Origin: an uncultured Bacteroidales bacterium
GTDB taxonomy: Bacteria; Bacteroidota; Bacteroidia; Bacteroidales; UBA1402
Length of the DNA stretch: 64,000 nt
Reading direction: 5' to 3'
NCBI GenBank assembly: GCA_964411555.1
Contig: CAYPLF010000005.1
Location: forward strand, 8,013-72,012
The translations under genes and the position numbers were made by a program. Within the stretch, counting starts at the first letter, position 1; the number at the start of each line of letters is the position of its first letter. The notes under the pieces were generated by a model. It made no database searches and was not told where the DNA came from. It saw only the letters and a program-made list of their open reading frames with translations. Positions 1 to 8,905 of the stretch are shown one piece after another.

Positions 1-646
1 TCTGCGTAAAGCGACCTTTCGTGTGCTGGTTGTTTTGAAGAATACGGGGTGCATAGCGTAGAGCATCCTTGAGGTCAACGATCAACGAGTCAATTACATC
101 TTCCTGGTTTAACTGAGGAATAAAGTAATTTTGAGTATCATCAATACTGGGTACAGTTGTATAAGGCACCTTGTCAAATGCACGTACCAAGTAGAAGTAT
201 GATAAAGCGCGAATGGCTTTTACTTCTGCTTCCATGGAATGTAAGCTTGCTATAGTGAAGTTTTCATCCCTGGTTTGGGCCATCGGAGCATAATACAATA
301 AGGTGTTGCACATATTGATGACATCATAGAAGCAACTCCATTTTGTATATTCATGAGTAGGTTCAATTTCCTGAAGAAGAACATCATTGACTGTTTCGCC
401 AGAACTTTCTCCTTCTACTACATTATCTGAGCGCATCTCACCATAGGCAAAGATTCGTGTAATGTATTCATTTTTAATCATTCCTCTGTAACAGGCAGCC
501 ATGACAGATTGAACGTCAGATTCTGTTTGCCAAAACTCAGGTAGAAGAATTTCACCTTCCGGACGCACATCTAGCCAGTCTGAACAACTTGTGGCACCAA
601 TCAATAAAGCAATTGATGATGCTATTATGGATATTTTAATTTTCAT
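1..646 (-). CDS. RagB/SusD family nutrient-uptake lipoprotein (3'-truncated by window edge; not in ORF track)
   Basis: Hand translation from ATG 646: MKIKISIIASSIALLIGATSCSDWLDVRPEGE (lipobox ATSC), then GEMRSDN, W..FYDVINICN, AEVKAIRALSYFYLVRAFDKVP; directly after SusC. Confidence 0.92.
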   Translation of the reverse strand, partial: MKIKISIIASSIALLIGATSCSDWLDVRPEGEILLPEFWQTESDVQSVMAACYRGMIKNEYITRIFAYGEMRSDNVVEGESSGETVNDVLLQEIEPTHEYTKWSCFYDVINMCNTLLYYAPMAQTRDENFTIASLHSMEAEVKAIRALSYFYLVRAFDKVPYTTVPSIDDTQNYFIPQLNQEDVIDSLIVDLKDALRYAPRILQNNQHTKGRFTQ

Positions 647-659
647 TGGTAGAATAGTA

Positions 660-3600
660 TTAAAGTCCTACAGTTAAACCGAATGTTAAGTCTCTTGTTC
701 GAGGTGTTTTGGAATTATCTTTAGCGACGTTCCCCATACCTGCGCTTCCTCCTACTTCAGGATCTACACCCGTATACTTTGTGAATACGGCAATGTTGTT
801 AATATTGAGGTATAATGACACACGTTCAATCTTATAAGGTTTCAGTTTTGCTGTAGGAATAGCATAGTTAAGCTGAATGTATTTGAAACGAACGAAAGAA
901 GCATCTTCAACATAACGGCTACTACCCAGCGAGTTAAAACCGGCTTGATATAATGCACGTGGTATGGGTGTATCATCACCATCCTTACGCCAGCGCCAGT
1001 TAACGGCGATGCTTTGGTTGTCATAACCGTACATGCTTTCAGCATTCATCCTGGCCTGATTTACAACCTTATTTCCTATACGATAATTGAAGAACATATT
1101 GCATGAAAGATCCTTGTAACGCAACGATGTACCAAAACCACCACTGATGAGCGGGTTACAGTTGCCAAGATATATGATATCCAATTCATCAATTGTTCCA
1201 TCTTTGTTGACGTCCTCATACATGGCGTCACCACCCCTGAACTTATACTGTTGGGTTGTACCGTAAGCAAAAGTCATAGGAAGTCCATTTCCCCATTCAT
1301 CAACGATAACCCTGCCTTGTTTATCACGAGCAACAGGTGCCTCTTCTTGTTCTACGGGTATGTATTTGTCGTATTTGTAAACACCCAAGTACTTGAATCC
1401 GTATATAGAACCATATGAATGACCGGTTTCAAGTCGAGTCATGTATGTTTGGTTCTTGAAATCATAGTCTTTGTTGTATGTTCTTAAGATGGATTCGTCG
1501 ATTTCAATAATCTTGTTCATGCCGTTCGAGAAGTTCATATTGAAGTCAGCACTAAACTTTCCATATTTAATCAGACGACTGGCATTGAAGTTCAATTCAT
1601 ACCCTTTATTATCCATTGTACCGGCATTGATGTTTGATATGGAAGCAAAACCGGAAGTCTGTGGAATAGCATAATTACTGAAAATCATATTGGAAGTGCG
1701 CTTGAAATAGGTATTCCATTCAACGTTCAGTTTATTATCAAACAAACGCAAGTCTGCACCAAAGTTGAACTGACTTGTGGTTTCCCACTGAAGATTGGAT
1801 AAACGCAACGATACCGGTCTGATAGCTTGCATATCAATGTATTTGTCATATGCAGTATATCGACTGAAGTGCAAATAACTTCCGCTAGGTTCTCTACCAG
1901 TCAAACCCCAGCTGGGACGAATGGATAAATCACTGACAATCCCCCTAGCAAAATCCATGAATGGTTCATCAGAAATAATCCATTTGGCAGATAAACCTGG
2001 GAAATAACCAAATCTCTTACCTTCACCAAATTTATTACTACCACTACGGTTCAGCGTTCCTGAAAGTACATACTTTTGTTTATAGGAATAATTGAAACGG
2101 CCAGAAAGAGAAACACCGCGTGAGGAGCTTCTTCCTGAACCAATCGAGTTTAAATATGCCTCTTGAGTGGCATCATGGCTGGTCCTTGAAGAAATTCCGT
2201 ATGAGCTGACATTTTGAGAACCACCGTCACTGGTGTTCATTCGTTGATTGATGGAGACAACTAGACTGTGATCTCTCGTTGAAAAACGAGGCTGCCACGA
2301 TAGTGAGTTATCAACGTTGATGCCTGAATTTTGTGATGCACTGTTGCTGGCTGCATTAACTCTGCTGTTGTCCCAAGCTACATTGGACACTTCCCACGGA
2401 GTAAATGAAGCGCTCTTGCTGTTGCTTACATTAAAGGAGAAAGAGGCGGTATAACGCAGATAATTTTTGTCAGGATCAGTCAAATCATAAGTGAGCCGTA
2501 ATACAGGTTGGAGGCTGTAGCTGGTATTGTCACTCTTACCCAACATGGCCAATGCTACCGGGTTCTGCAAATCGCGCTGCGCGCTGTTCAGGACGGAAGT
2601 ACGTTTAATCACATAGTACTTCTCTGTATCATTGCCATAGAGATCTTGTTCATAGATACTGACATTCGGCATTTTTCTGTAGGCGATGTCAAGAATACTT
2701 CCATTAGCATTGTCTGTTTTCTGATAAGAAAAAGAAAATTCACTGGAGAATCTCAAACGGTCTGATACCGTATAATCCATGCTGGTTCTAGCCGTTATAC
2801 GGTTCGTTCCCGTTCCGATGATGGTTCCCTTGTTGTCAAGGAAACCTGCGGAAATACGGAACTGAGCGCGATCACCACCACCAGATATGCTTAAGTTATG
2901 GTCATGGATGACACCAATACGAGATACTGCTCTAATCCAGTCTGTATTGTTATTGAACTCTTCGTAGTCGGAGAAAGATTGATCATAACTGAGTTCAGGA
3001 ACATTAGAAGCTTCTTCATTTTGTTCGGCATTGAACAAAGCCTGTTTCATCATCATGGTATAGTCATCACCGTTAAGGATATTCAAACCCTTCGGCTGCT
3101 TCGTACCTGAAAGACGATATGTGTACTGAATCCTTGTCGGACCAATAGCTCCTTTTTTCGTTGTGATTGAAATAACGCCGTTAGCGCCTTTGGTACCCCA
3201 GATTGCTGTCGAAGCAGCATCTTTCAAAACCGTGATTTCCAAGATATCATCCGGGTTGATACTCAACATGGTTGCCCATTGTTCCTGACTTGAATTGACA
3301 AAGTCAAAGTTCGGGTCGGAATCAACCGAGTAGGGTATACCGTTCATAACGAGCAGTGGTTCTGAATTTCCAGTAATGGACGAGGTACCGCGAATGCGCA
3401 TGGAAGAACCGCTACCGGGGTCACCTGAGTTTGATACGATATCAAGACCGGCAATACGACCTTGAAGCGCTTCGTCGATTGATCCTACCTGCAGACCTTC
3501 AATTTCTCCAAAATTGAGCGTTTGGGCTGCAATGGAGATTTCACGCTGGGGGATACTGAAACCGTCATCACCAAACTTTTTTTCTCCTCTGATCTCGACT

Positions 3601-3941
3601 AAACCAAGTTCGACTGAAGCATCTTCCATCGTGACATTGATGGTTCTGGTGCTTCCAATGGCAAACGTTTGTTTCGTGAAGCTGAGAAGGTTAAAAGTCA
3701 GCTTGTTGTTGGGGTTTTTAATTTTGATGAGATATTCACCGTCTTCATTAGTGACGGTACCGCTCTGTACACGGTTTGTCGCATCTACTTCACTAACCTG
3801 TACGCCAATTAAGGTCTCACCATTTTTGGCTTTCACGCTACCCTTTACGATAATGGACGAAGATGTTTGTCCCATCGCAAAAGTACACAGTGCAACAAAG
3901 AGCAGTAATGCTATGTTAAATTTGGATTTCATAATGCACAT
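660..3941 (-). CDS. SusC/RagA family TonB-dependent outer membrane transporter
   Basis: Signal peptide, N-terminal extension, plug signature INPDDILEITVLKDAASTAIWGTKGANGVISITTKKG, LQWETTSQFNFG, C-terminal TFGLTVGL; alternative start 3932. Confidence 0.96.
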   Translation of the reverse strand: MCIMKSKFNIALLLFVALCTFAMGQTSSSIIVKGSVKAKNGETLIGVQVSEVDATNRVQSGTVTNEDGEYLIKIKNPNNKLTFNLLSFTKQTFAIGSTRTINVTMEDASVELGLVEIRGEKKFGDDGFSIPQREISIAAQTLNFGEIEGLQVGSIDEALQGRIAGLDIVSNSGDPGSGSSMRIRGTSSITGNSEPLLVMNGIPYSVDSDPNFDFVNSSQEQWATMLSINPDDILEITVLKDAASTAIWGTKGANGVISITTKKGAIGPTRIQYTYRLSGTKQPKGLNILNGDDYTMMMKQALFNAEQNEEASNVPELSYDQSFSDYEEFNNNTDWIRAVSRIGVIHDHNLSISGGGDRAQFRISAGFLDNKGTIIGTGTNRITARTSMDYTVSDRLRFSSEFSFSYQKTDNANGSILDIAYRKMPNVSIYEQDLYGNDTEKYYVIKRTSVLNSAQRDLQNPVALAMLGKSDNTSYSLQPVLRLTYDLTDPDKNYLRYTASFSFNVSNSKSASFTPWEVSNVAWDNSRVNAASNSASQNSGINVDNSLSWQPRFSTRDHSLVVSINQRMNTSDGGSQNVSSYGISSRTSHDATQEAYLNSIGSGRSSSRGVSLSGRFNYSYKQKYVLSGTLNRSGSNKFGEGKRFGYFPGLSAKWIISDEPFMDFARGIVSDLSIRPSWGLTGREPSGSYLHFSRYTAYDKYIDMQAIRPVSLRLSNLQWETTSQFNFGADLRLFDNKLNVEWNTYFKRTSNMIFSNYAIPQTSGFASISNINAGTMDNKGYELNFNASRLIKYGKFSADFNMNFSNGMNKIIEIDESILRTYNKDYDFKNQTYMTRLETGHSYGSIYGFKYLGVYKYDKYIPVEQEEAPVARDKQGRVIVDEWGNGLPMTFAYGTTQQYKFRGGDAMYEDVNKDGTIDELDIIYLGNCNPLISGGFGTSLRYKDLSCNMFFNYRIGNKVVNQARMNAESMYGYDNQSIAVNWRWRKDGDDTPIPRALYQAGFNSLGSSRYVEDASFVRFKYIQLNYAIPTAKLKPYKIERVSLYLNINNIAVFTKYTGVDPEVGGSAGMGNVAKDNSKTPRTRDLTFGLTVGL

Positions 3942-3943
3942 AT

Positions 3944-6664
3944 TTATTCGAATCTCAACACTTTACCAATTCTGTGAATTACTGCAGTGGAAGACGTGGT
4001 AATTTGACTTTTCAAGTAGTTTTCGTCTGTACGTGAAGTAATGGTTACAGGATTACGATTAAAGACGTAGTCTCTTGTCATAATGTTGTAATACTTTTCA
4101 TCAGAAACATCCACATTGACAGTGTAAGGCTTAGCACCGTTAATTTCGCATGTCAACGAAACAGTCTTTTGACCACCTGCTAATAAAGAATCAGCAACTT
4201 CGATGCGATAAAATTTATTCTGTGCCGTACCCAAATAGGTAGGATCAGTTTCAGGGTCCGTTGTCTTAATCGTTGCAGTCTGGAACTTGCCTGTAAACGA
4301 TTGATTCGGTGAAATGAATACAGAATTATCCTGGAAGTGGTAACGAACAAATCGTTCCAGTTTACTGACTTCTTCATCTCTAAGTGCTACCTCTGCTGGT
4401 GTGGTAGTAGGCATATTTTCGATATACGTCCACGTTTTGATAAGCCCCTGAGCGTAAGCATCGTCCATGGCGCCATTGTCGGGTACATATACCGTATACC
4501 TGAAAGAATTGAAGAACTTTATGTTGAAATCATCAATTCCAAAATAGTTAGTAGCTTTGATGAATACCTCATTCTTGGTGAAACCATACAACAAATCAAA
4601 GAATTTTTGGAATTCAGGGTAGTTGGCAGCATCATTCAAAATGGAGAATACGCTTCGAAGCGGAGTCTGTACCAACGTGTCAGAAAGGAAGGTTGTACCA
4701 TTTTCCTGATGGTAAATGCCGCTATCCCTCGGGTGAACAACTTGTTCGTTTGTCGGAGTTGATTCAATCAAATCGCCGCCACCTTGGAATTTTGTATTGT
4801 ATGAAGTAATGACATCTTCACCAATGCCTTCAAGTCCTGTAACCTTGATTACGTTGCCATCTTTGGTCAGGTAGAAACCATCACAATAATCACCATTTTT
4901 GTCAACGAAGTCTTTTACAATAATACTCTGGTCAAGGATATTGACAAGGCGGGTCTTGATAAAGGAAGCGTCGGTAGCTTCACCAACATAACTTCCAACC
5001 GTTTTGGTTGTTTTGTCAAACTCGTAAATATCGGCCCTAACTTTCTGCATCGAAGGTGAATTATCGTACCAGAATTTAATAGCTGTTGGATAGCTTGTAC
5101 CGTAGCTAAACGGGTCGATATAAAATTCAAGCGCCTTATCAGTTGGGGCCACAAAGGCATACTTGTTTACCATTGAATTTAGGTACAAATTGTACTTGTA
5201 TTCATTAATAGCCCAATTTAAGACATACGTCTTGTTACTGAAGAAAACCGGGCCATAGACAGAAATAAAGTCATCGGGAGGATAAACCTTATTTGTTGCA
5301 TAAACAAGACCGTTCAATCCAATATAATTCAGTGAATCGACAATGTCTGATCTATCGGTACGCAATAATGAACTGGTGTTGTCAACCATCTTGTAAAAGA
5401 GACTGGGTACGGAAATAACCAGTGATTCACGCAAATGTCTGTTGATCAACTTTGCCAGGATTTTCATTTTAAATGTCTTCAATTCTTCGTTGTCCGTTTC
5501 ATTAGGAAGGATGTTGTCCCAAGTACCATAACGATCGAACAGCGCGCGCCCTTGGCCACCTGTCAAGTAATCCTCCAAAGCTTGGTTGGTAGGGGCAAAG
5601 ATAGAGGCCATATCTGATTGAAGGGCTCCTGATTTGTTAATCAGGTTGTTGAAGCCAGGGCTAAAGGCAAGCAATGAAGTAGTGGGTACTGACGAGCCAC
5701 TTGGATATGACGTTCTTGCACCATTGTTCTTGGAACTATTGAAATATCCCAAGACAAAAACCGAATCGGTAAACGGAATATCCCTATCTGCCAGATAAGC
5801 TCTGTATTGCCGGGTTTTTTCCGCGTCATAATACGGAGCACTGAACCAGTCCAACATGTTGGAAAACAAGCTCAAGGATGGCACGTTACGGATGTAGGCG
5901 GCCATGCTGGTGGGAAGAGTCAACACGTCATCAAGTTTATGGATATACCCATTCTTACAGGTAATATCCCTATCAATGACCTTGTGGGAGAAAATATGAG
6001 CGTCGTTGCGTACACGATCAATACCAGTCATGATTTTGAAATCAGGATCGGTAATGCCGTAATAATCCAACGATTTCTGGAGCAAATGCACCAAGGGGTA
6101 GGCTGAACCGTCTTGCAACAAGTACAAACCATTCTTGCTATCGCTCTTGTATTTCTTCCATTGATCGGTTTCCGGAAGTTTGTTGTCCAAAACAAAAGGA
6201 ACGGAGTCCAAATAAGTCACAGTTGTACTTCTCCTAAGTGCGGATCCTTCCTGAAGACCATTGTCATAATAATTGGACAGCGTTTCAATCAAGTATGCGT
6301 TGTTGATAACAGAGAAGTTCAGGATTAACTTCTTTTGCGATTCGGTTAAATCACTGTACTGGGAAGCTCCCCATTTGTTGCTGTTATAAAAGCGCTGGAA
6401 GGCATCATCATCAGCCACAAACAATGTTTTGCTACCGGTTTTTCTAAGTACTTCGGAATACCCAAGATCGTCGATGATTTTCACAAAGTTTTTGTAGTTC
6501 CCATCTGCGGCCAGATACTCATAGATGCTTTCGCCAAGCCAGGGAGGCTCGCCGTCATCGTAAGGGTAATCGTCCTTACAGGAAACAAACAAAGAACTCC
6601 AGACCACTAGTCCAACCAAGAACATGGGCAGTCGATGATAGAGTTTTTTTACGTGATTTTCCAT
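3944..6664 (-). CDS. Multi-fasciclin (FAS1) domain surface lipoprotein
   Basis: Lipobox FVSC followed by KDD; repeated FAS1 motifs KTLFVADDDAF, SIFAPTNQAL, YAFVAPTDKAL, YTVYVPDNGAM, NGYIHKLDDVL, AVIHRIGKVL. Confidence 0.88.
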   Translation of the reverse strand: MENHVKKLYHRLPMFLVGLVVWSSLFVSCKDDYPYDDGEPPWLGESIYEYLAADGNYKNFVKIIDDLGYSEVLRKTGSKTLFVADDDAFQRFYNSNKWGASQYSDLTESQKKLILNFSVINNAYLIETLSNYYDNGLQEGSALRRSTTVTYLDSVPFVLDNKLPETDQWKKYKSDSKNGLYLLQDGSAYPLVHLLQKSLDYYGITDPDFKIMTGIDRVRNDAHIFSHKVIDRDITCKNGYIHKLDDVLTLPTSMAAYIRNVPSLSLFSNMLDWFSAPYYDAEKTRQYRAYLADRDIPFTDSVFVLGYFNSSKNNGARTSYPSGSSVPTTSLLAFSPGFNNLINKSGALQSDMASIFAPTNQALEDYLTGGQGRALFDRYGTWDNILPNETDNEELKTFKMKILAKLINRHLRESLVISVPSLFYKMVDNTSSLLRTDRSDIVDSLNYIGLNGLVYATNKVYPPDDFISVYGPVFFSNKTYVLNWAINEYKYNLYLNSMVNKYAFVAPTDKALEFYIDPFSYGTSYPTAIKFWYDNSPSMQKVRADIYEFDKTTKTVGSYVGEATDASFIKTRLVNILDQSIIVKDFVDKNGDYCDGFYLTKDGNVIKVTGLEGIGEDVITSYNTKFQGGGDLIESTPTNEQVVHPRDSGIYHQENGTTFLSDTLVQTPLRSVFSILNDAANYPEFQKFFDLLYGFTKNEVFIKATNYFGIDDFNIKFFNSFRYTVYVPDNGAMDDAYAQGLIKTWTYIENMPTTTPAEVALRDEEVSKLERFVRYHFQDNSVFISPNQSFTGKFQTATIKTTDPETDPTYLGTAQNKFYRIEVADSLLAGGQKTVSLTCEINGAKPYTVNVDVSDEKYYNIMTRDYVFNRNPVTITSRTDENYLKSQITTSSTAVIHRIGKVLRFE

Positions 6665-6998
6665 TTGAAACTGTGTTTAAAATTCAAGCGCTTTCGTCAG
6701 ACCTTCCAAACCGGTAAATCATTCGATAGCATCTATAACTTATGATTGTTTTAAAATTGTGGGTAAACAAAGTGGGAAACGACAATCAACAACACAAGAA
6801 TTCGTGTGTTGCAGCTGCTTTTTTATAAAAAGTTGTTTGGAGTGCCTAAATGGACGCTCTCCCATCGAGGAAACAGGAGTAGCAACCCAAAGTAGCCTTC
6901 TTTGTAATGATGTGTTTTTCAAGGTCTTGGTTCTTGTTGAGTACAAAATACACCGGCTAAAGGGCGAAATTCTCCGCCTCTAGTCCGAGAAACAGGCG

Positions 6999-7028
6999 TA
7001 AAGATATGTTTTTTTTCTTGCTCCCAAA
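6999..7028 (-). promoter_or_regulatory. Putative primary-sigma promoter of the fasciclin-SusC-SusD operon
   Basis: Minus strand TTTG (7028-7025), 18 nt spacer, TATCTTTA (7006-6999); one mismatch to TAnnTTTG. Confidence 0.4.
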
Positions 7029-7183
7029 AAAAAAGTGTCAAAAAATCACAAAAGAATCCGAATGAATGCGGTTTTTAACAAATTAACCTTAAAAAAACAT
7101 ACTGTATAATGTTTCGGTTTATATCCAAGTTGTCTGCGGAATATGGTTTTTCGATGGGATTGTGTTAATACCAATATCTGAGT

Positions 7184-7191
7184 TATCTTTG
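7184..7191 (+). promoter_or_regulatory. -7 promoter box upstream of DUF3467 gene
   Basis: TATCTTTG matches Bacteroidota TAnnTTTG consensus. Confidence 0.5.
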
Positions 7192-7284
7192 CCATTCGGA
7201 TATTTTTTTATAGTTGAGCGGATGTTCCGCTGTTTTTTGTAGCACATATATATAAGGTGTATTATTTAAATGAAATACTGAATC

Positions 7285-7602
7285 ATGGACATACAAGACG
7301 AACAAAACCAGCTGAACATTGAATTGACTGAAGAGGTTGCCCAGGGCATATATTCAAATCTGGCTGTGATCTCACACTCGAGCTCTGAATTTATTTTGGA
7401 CTTTATCCGATTGATGCCTGGAGTCCCCAAGGCGCACGTGAAATCGAGAATCATTGTTACACCCGAACACGCCAAACGCTTGTTGGCTGCTTTACAAGAC
7501 AACATATCAAGATATGAACGTCAATTCGGCACCATCAAAAAAGCTACGGATGGTACTACCTTCATGCCTCCAATAGCAGGATTTGGAGTAGGTGAGGCGT
7601 GA
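7285..7602 (+). CDS. DUF3467 domain-containing protein
   Basis: LNIELTEEVAQGIYSNLAVISHSSSEFILDF...KSRIIVTPEHAKRLLAALQDNI family pattern. Confidence 0.9.
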   Translation: MDIQDEQNQLNIELTEEVAQGIYSNLAVISHSSSEFILDFIRLMPGVPKAHVKSRIIVTPEHAKRLLAALQDNISRYERQFGTIKKATDGTTFMPPIAGFGVGEA

Positions 7603-7670
7603 TGCTTAAAATAATCAGGCGCAAAAGCTGTCGCATACATTTATTGTATGCAATTGAATATCTTTTTTTG

Positions 7671-7751
7671 TATATTTGCACCCGCTTTTGGGCAAAAACG
7701 CAGTATTTTTTTGGTAAGCCATTGGTTTATCGAAAAGAAGCTGTAATTTTG
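7671..7751 (+). promoter_or_regulatory. Tandem -7 promoter boxes of the ribosomal protein superoperon
   Basis: TATATTTG at 7671-7678 and TAATTTTG at 7744-7751, both matching TAnnTTTG, upstream of rpsL. Confidence 0.55.
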
Positions 7752-7817
7752 CAGTCCTTTTTGGGCTTGACAAAAAGTAAACGAGTTGAAACCATATAAA
7801 TAGTAAAAATTTCTAAA

Positions 7818-8225
7818 ATGCCTACAATTCAGCAATTAGTAAGAAAAGGAAGGGCTGCGCAGGTGGATATGAGCAAATCACCGGCATTGAGTTCTTGTCC
7901 TCAAAGACGTGGCGTTTGCGTGCGTGTTTACACCACGACACCCAAGAAACCAAACTCAGCGATGCGTAAGGTAGCCAGGGTACGTCTGACAAACTCAAAG
8001 GAAGTGAACAGCTATATCCCCGGTGAAGGTCACAATCTTCAGGAACACTCAATTGTGTTGGTTCGCGGCGGTCGTGTAAAAGACCTCCCCGGCGTTCGTT
8101 ATCACATTGTTCGTGGTACCTTGGATACTTCCGGCGTGAATGGTCGTAAGCAAAGACGTTCCAAATATGGGACGAAACGCCCGAAACCAGGACAAGCAGC
8201 CGCTACAACAGGTAAAAAGAAGTAA
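7818..8225 (+). CDS. rpsL: 30S ribosomal protein S12
   Basis: [43 protein letters not shown]. Confidence 0.99.
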   Translation: MPTIQQLVRKGRAAQVDMSKSPALSSCPQRRGVCVRVYTTTPKKPNSAMRKVARVRLTNSKEVNSYIPGEGHNLQEHSIVLVRGGRVKDLPGVRYHIVRGTLDTSGVNGRKQRRSKYGTKRPKPGQAAATTGKKK

Positions 8226-8380
8226 GACTTCCCAAACCTATTAAACATCTTACCGTTTTATTTAACAACGCTGTTTTTTATTGGTAGACGCTTTATAGCA
8301 CAGGTTGAGTAAATGTTCCGGCGGGAACGTTGAAGAAACACAAGAAGACAACCAAACAAAAACGGAAAATTTTTGAGAAA

Positions 8381-8857
8381 ATGAGAAAAACAAAACCGAA
8401 AAAACGGGTAATCCTTCCGGACCCTGTTTTTAATGACATCAAAGTGACCAAGTTTGTGAATCACTTGATGTACGATGGAAAGAAAAGCACTTCCTATGAT
8501 ATTTTCTATTCCGCCTTGGAAACCGTTAAGGCCAAGCTGCCCAACGAAGAAAAATCAGCTCTTGAAATTTGGAAGACCGCTCTCGACAACATAACTCCTC
8601 AAGTCGAGGTCAAATCACGCCGTATCGGCGGTGCCACCTTCCAGGTACCCACAGAAATTCGTCCGGACCGCAAAGAGTCCGTTTCAATGAAGAACGTAAT
8701 TTTATATGCCCGCAAACGTGGTGGAAAATCCATGGCGGACAAATTAGCTGCTGAAATTGTTGACGCATTCAATAATCAAGGTGGTGCGTTCAAACGCAAA
8801 GAAGACATGCACCGTATGGCTGAGGCCAACCGTGCGTTTGCAAATTTCCGTTTTTAA
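8381..8857 (+). CDS. rpsG: 30S ribosomal protein S7
   Basis: Start reassigned to ATG 8381 (158 aa); [28 protein letters not shown]. Confidence 0.98.
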   Translation: MRKTKPKKRVILPDPVFNDIKVTKFVNHLMYDGKKSTSYDIFYSALETVKAKLPNEEKSALEIWKTALDNITPQVEVKSRRIGGATFQVPTEIRPDRKESVSMKNVILYARKRGGKSMADKLAAEIVDAFNNQGGAFKRKEDMHRMAEANRAFANFRF

Positions 8858-8905
8858 GAATTAGGTTAGGTTAGGTAGAAAAGAGTTGTAAAAGGTAATC
8901 AGACA

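Noticed and set aside
6740-6983. Short ORFs of 68 aa (minus) and 74 aa (plus) in the divergent gap
   Set aside because: Non-ATG starts, no recognisable motif, and they overlap each other antisense; no support for coding
7009-7034. T8 and A9 homopolymers in and beside the promoter spacer as possible phase-variation tracts
   Set aside because: Such runs are frequent in Bacteroidota promoters and occur in several other intergenic regions here; no read-level evidence
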